Assembly (NCBI RefSeq): GCF_006345805.1 | Contig: NC_043005.1 | Location: 101,618,001 to 101,682,000, forward strand | Length of the DNA: 64,000 nucleotides | Source: Octopus sinensis | Taxonomy: Eukaryota | Reading direction: 5' to 3' | In this document: one piece after another, positions 1-10,831 of the stretch | Layout: each line of letters begins with the position of its first letter | Numbering within the stretch: the first letter of the stretch is position 1 | Program-made: the position numbers and the translations under genes | The notes under the pieces: generated by a model | The model's input: the letters and a program-made list of their open reading frames with translations, nothing else | Databases searched by the model: none | Told to the model about the DNA's origin: nothing

Positions 1-381
1 CAGGACAACGCTCCGGTCCACAACTCGCTTGTCGCCAGATCAGAAGCACAGGCGTATGGCTATGAACTCCTCCCCCATCCCCCTACTTTCCTGACCTTGC
101 ACCCTCTGATTTTCACACTCTTCCCAGCCATGAAGTTGTTTTTGAAAGGAAAGCGTTTCCCAGATGATGCAGCCTTTGATTTTCTGAAGTCACGTTCAGG
201 CTGGAGGACCAAGCTGGGGTCTTCTACAAAAACAGTCTCCAGAGCTGCATCAAGCAATGGGAGAAATGCGTAACTCTGGGTGGTTCCTATGTAGAAAAAG
301 CTAATAACTGTGCCAAAGTTTCGTTGCTCTACTGCTATGGGAAGTGGGTCAGGGGCATTACTTATTGAACGCCCCCTCGTA
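1..381 (+). mobile_element. Mariner transposon 3' remnant (frameshifted transposase C-terminus plus right TIR)
   Basis: Frame 1 reads QDNAPVH...ELLPHPPYFPDLAPSDFH (mariner YSPDLAPSD motif). After frameshifts it reads KLFLKGKRF and QWEKCVTLGGSYVEK. It ends in GCATTACTTATTGAACGCCCCCTCG|TA, a mariner-type TIR, followed by (TA)n. Confidence 0.9.
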
Positions 382-388
382 TATATAT

Positions 389-424
<36 letters not shown>

Positions 425-591
425 ACAAAAGGGACATTAGCCATTTGAATGTGCTAGGGACAGGGCAGGGCGGTGGGGGTGTCTGATGCATTTAGCCCCA
501 GGCGATCATCAACGTCACCAGATAGGCTGACACCCATCACGGTGTCCTCTATCCTTCAAAGGGAGATCATTCCCCGAAGAAGCGGATGCCA

Positions 592-636
592 CATACGAAC
601 CCAGGTTTCGAGGTGTTTGCCTCTCATCAACGTATG
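592..636 (-). ncRNA. Type I hammerhead ribozyme (U3 variant, GUU cleavage triplet)
   Basis: Minus strand: catacg-TTGATGA-gagg caaaca cctc-GAAAC ctgg GTT-cgtatg. Stems I, II and III all pair. Confidence 0.7.
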
Positions 637-841
637 GTAGGCACCGCCCTCGACGAACGACTCTCTGTGCAGGATATTTATATAGATTTTCACGTAAATA
701 CATTTACTGATTTCGAAAATCTGTTCGACACAATAATAATTCTCTAAACGAGAGATTTTCGAAATCAGTAAATGTATTTACGTGAAAATCTATATATAAA
801 TATCCTGCACAGAGAGTCGTTCGTCGAGGGGCGGTGCCTAC

Positions 842-886
842 CATACGTTGATGAGAGGCAAACACCTCGAAACCTGGGTCCGTATG
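842..886 (+). ncRNA. Type I hammerhead ribozyme (U3 variant, GUC cleavage triplet)
   Basis: catacg-TTGATGA-gagg caaaca cctc-GAAAC ctgg GTC-cgtatg. Confidence 0.75.
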
Positions 887-1560
887 TGGCATCCGCTTCT
901 TCGGGGAATGATCTCCATTTGAAGGATAGAGGACACCGTGATGGTGTCAGCCTATCTGGTGACGTTGATGATCGCCTGGGGCTAAATGCATCAGTAACAC
1001 CCCCACCGCCCTGCCCTGTCCCTAGCCACATTCAAATGGCTAATGTCCCTTTTGTTATGGAGCAGTTACTGTCTATATCTCGTTTAGAGAATTATTATTG
1101 CTATATATATATATATATTATATATATATATATACATGCGCACACGCACAAAAGAATAGATAGCAGATTGGTAGATTACAGCCAAACATTTTGTGCTTTG
1201 TAAACATTTTTGTGCTTCTGTGTTCTAAACTGTTTGCATGTGATTTTATATAGTTACACGAATCTCAACATAAAACATCATGTCTGATATAAATGCTTAT
1301 ACCTTAGAGTCTGTAAACCCTGGTTCCTCTCACTTTTAATATGAATTTTAAAGTAACTCTTTTGAACCACAGAACTTTTCTTCTCATTTTCTTTTTATCA
1401 AGCTGAAAGTTAAAAAAAAATGAAATCGAATGTCAGATAAAGTATATTTAAAAACACAAAACAAATACCAATAATATCCTAATTGCGTAAGTATTTCAAC
1501 TTTACATGCCTTATCAGTGGGCGATATCTACGATGAAAGATTTATGAGAATCACATAGTT

Positions 1561-1880
<320 letters not shown>

Positions 1881-2150
1881 TCCTTAAATCCTTAAATCCT
1901 TAAAAATGTTTTAGCCCGAAGGCCGCGGCCATGCTGGGGCACCACCGCTGAATGAGCTACACTAATATGTGAACCCACCTCTGATCCGTGGCTCTTGGTG
2001 AACAAGGGAGTTCGATGCCGCTGCCCGCATCTGTGTCTCCTGTCGTGAGGTAGGTTCATCTGGGACCCCCGACAAGAAGCGATCCAGTTTAGTTTTAAAG
2101 AAACCCACATCCACACCATGCAAGTCTCTCAGGCAATTTACATAGATAAG
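1881..2150 (-). mobile_element. 3' end of a CR1/L2-like LINE with (AAGGATTT)n tail
   Basis: Minus strand reads LRDLHGVDVGFFKTKLDRFLSGVPDEP, resembling the CR1/L2 ORF2 C-terminus. A short 3'UTR and a tandem tail repeat follow. Confidence 0.7.
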
Positions 2151-2204
2151 CAAATTTGTATATATATTTATTCATATATTTGCATGGATATTCATATTCA
2201 TACA

Positions 2205-2264
<60 letters not shown>

Positions 2265-2316
2265 ACTTTCTATCTGTTTATTTATTCATCGATCTATCTA
2301 TTCATCTATCTATCTG

Positions 2317-2348
<32 letters not shown>

Positions 2349-2432
2349 AATATTTGTTTGTGTGCATACGCGCGTGCCTGTATGCATGCACCACATACAC
2401 ACGCACAGATATATACACACACACGCACAGAT

Positions 2433-2492
<60 letters not shown>

Positions 2493-3178
2493 GCCTACAA
2501 ACAAACAACTATACAAAGAGAAGAGAAAGGTGGTTGTTACTGAAGCAGACAGAAGATGACCTCAAAGACGTCGAATGCAATAATTTTTCTCTTATCCGAG
2601 CAAGAATTCCAATATTTATGGACATTAGTTCAGTATTTATTTGAATATCATTGTCCTTTTAGCATAGCTATCTTGACAGTTCGGCTTCCTCACATGACAT
2701 CTTGTTGCCCCGATGCTTTAAATTGTTGCTGTTGTTGTTGTTGTTGTTGATGGTGGTGGTTTTGTGACGGGGAGGGGTGGCGGTGGAGGTGTAGTTTCTT
2801 GAAACGGTAAGGCTGATATCCAAGTTTTCTTTGTCATGATTCGGAACACGATGTAAAACTAAATTTTCATTTCTCATCTACGACATATAATATTTATACT
2901 CTTCTAGCTTACAGCTTACATTCTACTGGGTCTCTAAAACATACATATATCCATGTATACTATATATATATTATATATATATATATATATATAATACTAA
3001 GCAATAAGGGTTTAGCAACGAGTTGCCTTACCACATACCGAATTTAGAAATAGCAGTCAAAGGGTTATAGCTTTTCTTCTACAAAAAAGGGAGATCTCAG
3101 TAAAAACAGCATTTGGAAGGCAGACACAAACAGGTAAGAGAGAATTGACTGGCAATCTATCATACATTTTTTTAGTTA

Positions 3179-3291
3179 TCCACGGACGTACGTTTCGAAA
3201 TCAAGTTTTAAGGAAAGCATAAGAATTAGATATAAATATTAAATAATAAATAATTCTATCTTACCGAAACTTCTTTTCTCTTCAGCGTAGA
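3179..3291 (-). ncRNA. Type I HHR with extended stem II (array copy)
   Basis: Minus strand: tctacg-CTGAAGA-gaaa...tttc-GAAAC gtac GTC-cgtgga. Confidence 0.8.
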
Positions 3292-3782
3292 ATACTATAA
3301 TCATAAATGATTATATATTGAATTTTGATACCAGAAGGCACCAACTCCACTCAGTATCAGAGCGAGCTAGAATCCGCAACTGGTATCACCGAATTCAATT
3401 TGTGAATGAAACGATTGTGTCAACAGCCCCTTCCCACCCGCGTGTAGCCAAAACAAGATGCTGTGGTCATCTACTGAGATAAAATATGGTTATCCGTAAT
3501 AATGAAGGTGAAATTAATTAATTTGGAAAAATTATCAATTACACCAAGTAGTCTTCGGCATGTAAAAGCCTCATTCGAGGAAAATTTAAGTAATACTAAG
3601 CAATAAGGGTTAGCAACGAGTTGCCTTACCACATACCGAATTTAGAAATAGCAGTCAAAGGGTTATAGCTATTTCTTCTTCACCAAAAAGGGAGATCTCA
3701 GTAAAAACAGCATTTGGAAGGCAGACAACAAACAGGTAAGAGAGAATGAATTGACTGCAATCTATCATACATTTTTTAGTTA

Positions 3783-3895
3783 TCCACGGACGTACGTTTC
3801 GAAATCAAGTTTAAGGAAAGCATAAGAATTAGATATTAAATATTAAATAATAAATAATTCTATCTTACCGAAACTTCTTTTCTCTTCAGCGTAGA
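3783..3895 (-). ncRNA. Type I HHR with extended stem II (array copy)
   Basis: Same motif as 3179-3291. Confidence 0.8.
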
Positions 3896-4385
3896 ATACT
3901 ATAATCATAAATGATTATATATTGAATTTTGAGATACCAGAAGGCACCAACTCCACTCAGTATCAGAGCGAGCTAGAATCCGCAACTGGTATCACCGAAT
4001 TCAATTTGTGAATGAAACGATTGTGTCAACAGCCCCTTCCCACCCGCGTGTAGCCAAAACAAGATGCTGTGGTCATCTACTGAGATAAAATATGGTTATC
4101 CGTAATAATGAAGGGTGAAATTAATTAATTTGGAAAAATTATCAATTACACCAAGTAGTCTTCGGCATGTAAAAGCCTCATTCGAGGAAAATTTAAGTAA
4201 TACTAAGCAATAAGGGTTTAGCAACGAGTTGCCTTACCACATACCGAATTTAGAAATAGCAGTCAAAGGGTTATAGCTATTTCTTCTACAAAAAGGAGAT
4301 CTCAGTAAAAACAGCATTTGGAAGGCAGACACAAACAGGTAAGAGAGAATGAATTGACTGCAATCTATCATACATTTTTTAGTTA

Positions 4386-4497
4386 TCCACGGACGTACGT
4401 TTCGAAATCAAGTTTAAGGAAAGCATAAGAATTAGATATTAAATATTAAATAATAAATATTCTATCTTACCTAAACTTCTTTTCTCTTCAGCGTAGA
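4386..4497 (-). ncRNA. Type I HHR with extended stem II (array copy)
   Basis: Same motif as 3179-3291. Confidence 0.8.
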
Positions 4498-5642
4498 ATA
4501 CTATAATCATAAATGATTATATATTGAATTTTGAGATACCAGAAGGCACCAACTCCACTCAGTATCAGAGCGAGCTAGAATCCGCAACTGGATCACCGAA
4601 TTCAATTTGTGAATGAAACGATTGTGTCAACAGCCCCTTCCCACCCGCGTGTAGCCAAAACAAGATGCTGTGGTCATCTACTGAGATAAAATATGGTTAT
4701 CCGTAATAATGAAGGGTGAAATTAATTAATTTGGAAAAATTATCATTACACCAAGTAGTCTTCGGCATGTAAAAGCCTCATTCGAGGAAAATTTAAGTAA
4801 TACTAAGCAATAAGGGTTAGCAACGAGTTGCCTTACCACATACCGAATTTAGAAATAGCAGTCAAAGGTTATAGCTATTTCTTCTACAAAAAAGGGAGAT
4901 CTCAGTAAAAACAGCATTTGGAAGGCAGACACAAACAGGTAAGAGAGAATGAATTGACTGCAATCTATCATACATTTTTTTAGTTATCCACGGACGTACG
5001 TTTCGAAATCAAGTTTTAAGGAAAGCATAAGAATTAGATATTAAATATTAATAATAAATAATTCTATCTTACCGAAACTATTATTTTTATTTAATATTTA
5101 ATATCTAATTCTTATGCTTTCCTTAAAACTTGATTTCGAAACGTACGTCCGTGGATAACTAAAAAAATGTATGATAGATTGCAGTCAATTCATCTCTCTT
5201 ACCTGTTGTGTCTGCCTTCCAATGCTGTTTTTACTGAGATCTCCCTTTTTTGTAGAAGAAATAGCTATAACCCTTTGACTGCTATTTCTAAATTCGGTAT
5301 GTGGTAAGGCAACTCGTTGCTAAACCCTTATGGCTTAGTATTACTTAAATTTTCCTCGAATGAGGCTTTTACATGCCGAAGACTACTTGGTGTAATTGAT
5401 ATTTTTCCAAATTAATAATTTTCACCTTCATTATTACGGATAACCATATTTTATCTCAGTAGATGACCACAGCATCTTGTTTGGCTACACGCGGGTGGGA
5501 AGGGGCTGTTGACACAATCGTTTCATTCACAAATTGAATTCGGTGATACCAGTTGCGGATTCTAGCTCGCTCTGATACTGAGTGGAGTTGGTGCCTTCTG
5601 GTATCTCAAAATTCAATATCTAATCATTTATGATTATAGTAT

Positions 5643-5755
5643 TCTACGCTGAAGAGAAAAGAAGTTTCGGTAAGATAGAATTATTTATTATTTAATATTT
5701 AATATCTAATTCTTATGCTTTCCTTAAAACTTGATTCGAAACGTACGTCCGTGGA
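5643..5755 (+). ncRNA. Type I HHR with extended stem II (array copy, one T missing at the stem II base)
   Basis: tctacg-CTGAAGA-gaaa...attc-GAAAC gtac GTC-cgtgga. Confidence 0.7.
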
Positions 5756-6287
5756 TAACTAAAAAAATGTATGATAGATTGCAGTCAATTCATTCTCTCT
5801 TACCTGTTGTGTATGTCTGTCTGCCAAATCGCAATGCTGTTTTAATTACGAGAACTCTCCTTTTTTGAGAACGAAATGCTTTCCATTTTTAGCATAGAAC
5901 CTAAACTATATACCTGTTGAATCTAGGTTCTATATCGTGGTATAGGGGTAACGGCAACTCGTTGCTAAACCCTTATTGTCTTAGTATTACATTAAATTTT
6001 CCTCGAATGAGGCTTTTACATGCCGAAGACTACTTGGTGTAATTGATATTTTTCAAATTAATTAATTTCACCTTCATTATTACGATAACCATATTTTATC
6101 TCAGTAGATGACCACAGCATCTTGTTTTGGCTACACGCGGGTGGGAAGGGGCTGTTGACACAATCGTTATTCACAAATTGAATTCGGTGATACCAGTTGC
6201 GGATTCTAGCTCGCTCTGATACTGAGTGGAGAGTTGGGCCTTCTGGTATCTCAAAATTCAATATATAATCATTTATGATTATAGTAT

Positions 6288-6399
6288 TCTACGCTGAAGA
6301 GAAAAGAAGTTTCGGTAAGATAGATTATTATTATTTAATATTTAATATCTAATTCTTATGCTTTCCTTAAAACTTGATTTCGAAACGTACGTCCGTGGA
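6288..6399 (+). ncRNA. Type I HHR with extended stem II (array copy)
   Basis: tctacg-CTGAAGA-gaaa...tttc-GAAAC gtac GTC-cgtgga. Confidence 0.8.
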
Positions 6400-6890
6400 T
6401 AACTAAAAAAATGTATGATAGATTGCAGTCAATTCATCTCTCTTACCTGTTTGTGTCTGCCTTCCAAATGCTGTTTTTACTGAGATCTCCCTTTTTTGTA
6501 GAAGAAATAGCTATAACCCTTTGACTGCTATTTCTAAATTCGGTATGTGGTAAGGCAACTCGTTGCTAACCCTTATTGCTTAGTATATTCTTAAATTTTC
6601 CTCGAATGAGGCTTTTACATGCCGAAGACTACTTGGTGTAATTGATAATTTTTCCAAATTAATTAATTTCACCCTTCATTATTACGGATAACCATATTTT
6701 ATCTCATAGATGACCACAGCATCTTGTTTTGGCTACACGCGGGTGGGAAGGGGCTGTTGACACAATCGTTTCATTCACAAATTGAATTCGGTGATACCAG
6801 TTGCGGATTCTAGCTCGCTCTGATACTGAGTGGAGTTGGTGCCTTCTGGTATCTCAAAATTCAATATATAATCATTTATGATTATAGTAT

Positions 6891-7004
6891 TCTACGCTGA
6901 AGAGAAAAGAAGTTTCGGTAAGATAGAATTATTTATTATTTAATATTTAATATCTAATTCTTATGCTTTCCTTAAAACTTGATTTCGAAACGTACGTCCG
7001 TGGA
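6891..7004 (+). ncRNA. Type I HHR with extended stem II (array copy)
   Basis: Same motif as 6288-6399. Confidence 0.8.
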
Positions 7005-7494
7005 TAACTAAAAAATGTATGATAGATTGCAGTCAATTCATTCTCTCTTACCTGTTTGTGTCTGCCTTCCAAATGCTGTTTTTACTGAGATCTCCCTTTT
7101 TTGTAGAAGAAATAGCTATAACCCTTTGACTGCTATTTCTAAATTCGGTATGTGGTAAGGCAACTCGTTGCTAAACCCTTATTGCTTAGTATTACTTAAA
7201 TTTTCCTCGAATGAGGCTTTTACATGCCGAAGACTACTTGGTGTAATTGATAATTTTTCCAAATTAATTAATTTCACCCTTCATTATTACGGATAACCAT
7301 ATTTTATCTCAGTAGATGACCACAGCATCTTGTTTTGGCTACACGCGGTGGGAAGGGCTGTTGACACAATCGTTTCATTCACAAATTGAATTCGGTGATA
7401 CCAGTTGCGGATTCTAGCTCGCTCTGATACTGAGTGGAGTTGGTGCCTTCTGGTATCTCAAAATTCAATATATAATCATTTATGATTATAGTAT

Positions 7495-7608
7495 TCTACG
7501 CTGAAGAGAAAAGAAGTTTCGGTAAGATAGAATTATTTATTATTTAATATTTAATATCTAATTCTTATGCTTTCCTTAAAACTTGATTTCGAAACGTACG
7601 TCCGTGGA
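7495..7608 (+). ncRNA. Type I HHR with extended stem II (array copy)
   Basis: Same motif as 6288-6399. Confidence 0.8.
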
Positions 7609-8020
7609 TAACTAAAAAAATGTATGATAGATTGCAGTCAATTCATTCTCTCTTACCTGTTTGTGTCTGCCTTCCAAATGCTGTTTTTACTGAGATCTCC
7701 CTTTTTTGTAGAAGAAATAGCTATAACCCTTTGACTGCTATTTCTAAATTCGGTATGTGGTAAGGCAACTCGTTGCTAAACCCTTATTGCTTAGTATTAC
7801 TTAAATTTTCCTCGAATGAGGCTTTTACATGCCGAAGACTACTTGGTGTAATTGATAATTTTTCCAATTAATTAATTTCCACCCTTCATTATTACGGATA
7901 TATATATATATATATATATATTATTATATATATATATATATATATATAAATATATGTGTGTGGTGATAGTATGTGTATGTATATAAGTATGTGTATATAT
8001 AGGGAGAGTTTACGAAAAAA

Positions 8021-8190
8021 ACAAGACAAAGACAGGTGGTGTATAAAACAAACAGATGTATTAGAGTAACGCTTAGGAATAGAAAAAGTCTTTTAAGTTT
8101 CGAGCCTACGCTCTTCTATAGAAAGGAACACAGAAAAAACAAGGAGAGAAGCAAGGAGAGAAAAAAGTGTGTGTAGTGGCCAACGATCTA
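8021..8190 (-). mobile_element. Short TA-flanked interspersed repeat with an HHR-like motif (family E; other copies at 35393-35590, 38121-38250, 50727-50883 in opposite orientation, 53929-54140)
   Basis: Five homologous copies, each adjacent to (TA)n. Confidence 0.8.
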
Positions 8191-8224
8191 TCACACACAT
8201 ACATACATACATACATACATACAT

Positions 8225-8291
<67 letters not shown>

Positions 8292-8544
8292 ATATACATA
8301 CGTACGGGGGGCGGGCTTGAAAGGTTTTTGGCGTTAAGGGTATCGCGAAGGCCTTGGTTTGAGGCGCACCTTTCAATTTCTGTTACAGTGGTTAGAAAAT
8401 TTAAATTATGTGAATTTGAGAGGGGACAATAGTCTGCATGAAACCACAATTAACTGATCCTCCTCTATTTTCTTTCATCCAAAGCCAGGAGCTTTTCTAC
8501 CCCCCTCTCGCTCGTATATTATTATAAATATATTCATTTATTCT

Positions 8545-8760
8545 GTTATTCTTTTATTGTTTCAGTCATATTACTACAACCATGCTGGAGCACCGCATTT
8601 AAGGGTTTTAAACCGAAGACCTCGACCCGAGGACTTATTCTTTGTAAGCCTGGTACTTATTCTATCGGTCTCTTATGCAGAACCTTACATTATGTGGACA
8701 TAAACTCACCAGAATCGGTTGTCAAGCGATGAAGGGGGCACAAACTCAGACACACACACA
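8545..8760 (-). mobile_element. SINE family A, 3' half
   Basis: Matches the family A tail (catgctggagcaccgc...cttattctttgtaagcc...ggttgtcaagcgatg). Confidence 0.8.
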
Positions 8761-8830
8761 CACACACACTCAGACACACAAATACATACATACATATATA
8801 TATACTTATATATATATATTATATATATAT

Positions 8831-8874
<44 letters not shown>

Positions 8875-9329
8875 TATATAAATACATATATGTATAAATA
8901 TATATATTTATATAATACAGATAACTTCCTTGAATTTTAATAATTTGGTTCCATTTATACATCACCCCCATAGTCAAATTTTTATACTCATAAAGGACAA
9001 CTACCCAATTCATTGAGATATGTTTTACTTTGTCTCTCTACCTCGCCCTCCTCTCTCTCTATCGTAAGCACAATCAAACACACAGACACAAACCTGTCAC
9101 TTCACCACTGTTTGGTTTTGGCATCTACCCAACCACACACATAATCACGCACACATACACACACATAGACACGAATGCAGTTATATACATACACACACAT
9201 AGGCACTCAATCACAAAAGAAGACAACAACAAATCACCATTCATATGACTTGCACCCTATCACCTTCCCATTCTTAGACCTCTCTCCTCCAACCTTGTTT
9301 GAACCCTTGAACCTTCTAGAAACTTCTAC

Positions 9330-9720
9330 ATTCAAACATTTTTGACGTCACTGCTTATAACGGAATATTTTAAAGAAACACTCGTTATCGCTATGGGCTC
9401 CGTGTGGGCAGTCATCTAAAAGTTTTTGTTCATCTTGATGCTGACATAAGTTCCTTGTTTTTCCTGATGAGAAGGCGGCATAATTATTCCTTCGAAATTA
9501 GGAATATGCAGCCTTCGAAACATATGTCGAGAATAAAGGAATTTTGTTAAATCGTCGTTCAATTCCATTCTTTCATTTATTTGTATTAAAAAAACACAAA
9601 TTTCCACACGAAAGCACGTGATCTCTACCCTTGGCATGTAGCTCCAACCGTGTTTTTCTGACGTGAATTTGCTACCCAGGTATCGGTTAACCGAATTATC
9701 CATACTAAGATAATTCATTC
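9330..9720 (-). mobile_element. Possible decayed hAT transposase C-terminus
   Basis: Minus strand reads GTYVSIKMNKNF*MT...SSDVKNV, loosely resembling the hAT dimerisation region. Weak. Confidence 0.3.
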
Positions 9721-9757
9721 AACTACTTAAATATAAATATATATATATATATATATA

Positions 9758-9917
9758 TGCGACGGGTTTCTTTCAGTTTCCGTCTACCAAATCCACTCAT
9801 ATGACTTTGGTCGGCCCGAGGCTATAGTAGAAGACACTTGCTCAAGTTGCCACGCAGTGGGACTGAACTCGGAACCATATAGAAGGGTAGCAAGCTTCGT
9901 ACCATACAGCCACGCCT
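9758..9917 (-). mobile_element. SINE family A, 5' half (tRNA-like head plus CORE-like segment)
   Basis: ttcagtttccgtctaccaaatccactc...gccacgcagtgggactgaac. Confidence 0.85.
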
Positions 9918-10100
9918 TTATATTATGTATAAGATGTATGAAAGGTATTTGAACAGTGCATAGTGGAATCATTATCTCATGCAGAACGCAATACATTGGG
10001 TACAATGGATAGACTTATTGCATTTTAATCACACCACGCTGCACTGTTCAGATGACAATTCCAGCTTCGAGCGAAAAGTGGAGTAGGCTGTCGAGTTTGA

Positions 10101-10149
<49 letters not shown>

Positions 10150-10348
10150 GTCTATCTATCTGTATGTCCAAATATCTATATATAATAATTATTTCGCATT
10201 GGTCTTACCCCTATGAAGGAAATCCACAGGTAAATGCTTTCGCGAGTGATTGGATAGAATTCTGATATAACAAATGTAAACTGATATATTAAAAACACAT
10301 TCTCATTCTATTTTTCTTGTTTTAATTATACATACATACATACATACA

Positions 10349-10384
<36 letters not shown>

Positions 10385-10453
10385 TATATATACATACACA
10401 TACACTCATAATACAAATATACATGTATCTGTTTATGTCTGTCTTCTAAGTAT

Positions 10454-10498
<45 letters not shown>

Positions 10499-10831
10499 CA
10501 TATATCTATCTATCTATCTATCTATCTATCTGTACACACACACATACACGCATGCACACACACGCACATACATGCACACACACAGGCTTACGCACACGCG
10601 CACACACAAGGCATCCTGCACGTAGAAGGAGGAATGAGCTCTGGGTTATTGAATAACTTACTGTAACGTGAAAGTAATTTTTCCGTTGTTTTTCGTATTA
10701 TATATTGATAATACGTTTCGGTGGATATGCAACAAAGCAACAATTTCTGAGCATGCGTAGTAAACTAGTCATGCGTACCAATGTTTGAAGGGAAATGTGT
10801 TTGAGAAGAAATAAGAATCATAATATCGTAA

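Larger units (their letters stand above)
422..1058. repeat. Fold-back: ~300-bp inverted arms (422-722 / 753-1058) of an HHR-bearing element
   Basis: The arms are near-perfect reverse complements around a 30-bp spacer. Confidence 0.95.
2993..7898. repeat. Head-to-head tandem array of a ~600-nt HHR-containing unit (~3.5 units, inversion near 5090, ~4.7 units)
   Basis: Unit starts at 2993, 3592, 4199 and 4799. Reverse-complement copies run from ~5091 to 7898. Both ends abut (TA)n. Confidence 0.97.

Noticed and set aside
5345-5400. Second HHR-like motif in the array unit (cgaatga-ggc ttttacat gcc-gaagac)
   Set aside because: Both core segments deviate (CGAAUGA, GAAG) and there is no contiguous stem I.
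5800-6000. Apparently divergent subunit within the 600-nt array
   Set aside because: Dense small indels and garbled bases in an otherwise near-identical array look like unpolished long-read error. Homopolymer differences among units are likewise not treated as biological.
6058-6261. 67-aa ORF in the array unit
   Set aside because: It depends on copy-specific indels, is not open in the other units, and has no recognisable motif.
2993-7898. CRISPR array or rDNA/tRNA gene cluster interpretation
   Set aside because: The units are identical 600-mers with no unique spacers and no rRNA or tRNA similarity.
9460-9504. CTGATGA-gaagg..ccttc-GAAA hammerhead-like match
   Set aside because: Stem III is essentially absent, stem I is weak, it is single copy, and it lies inside a probable transposase remnant. 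Likely chance.
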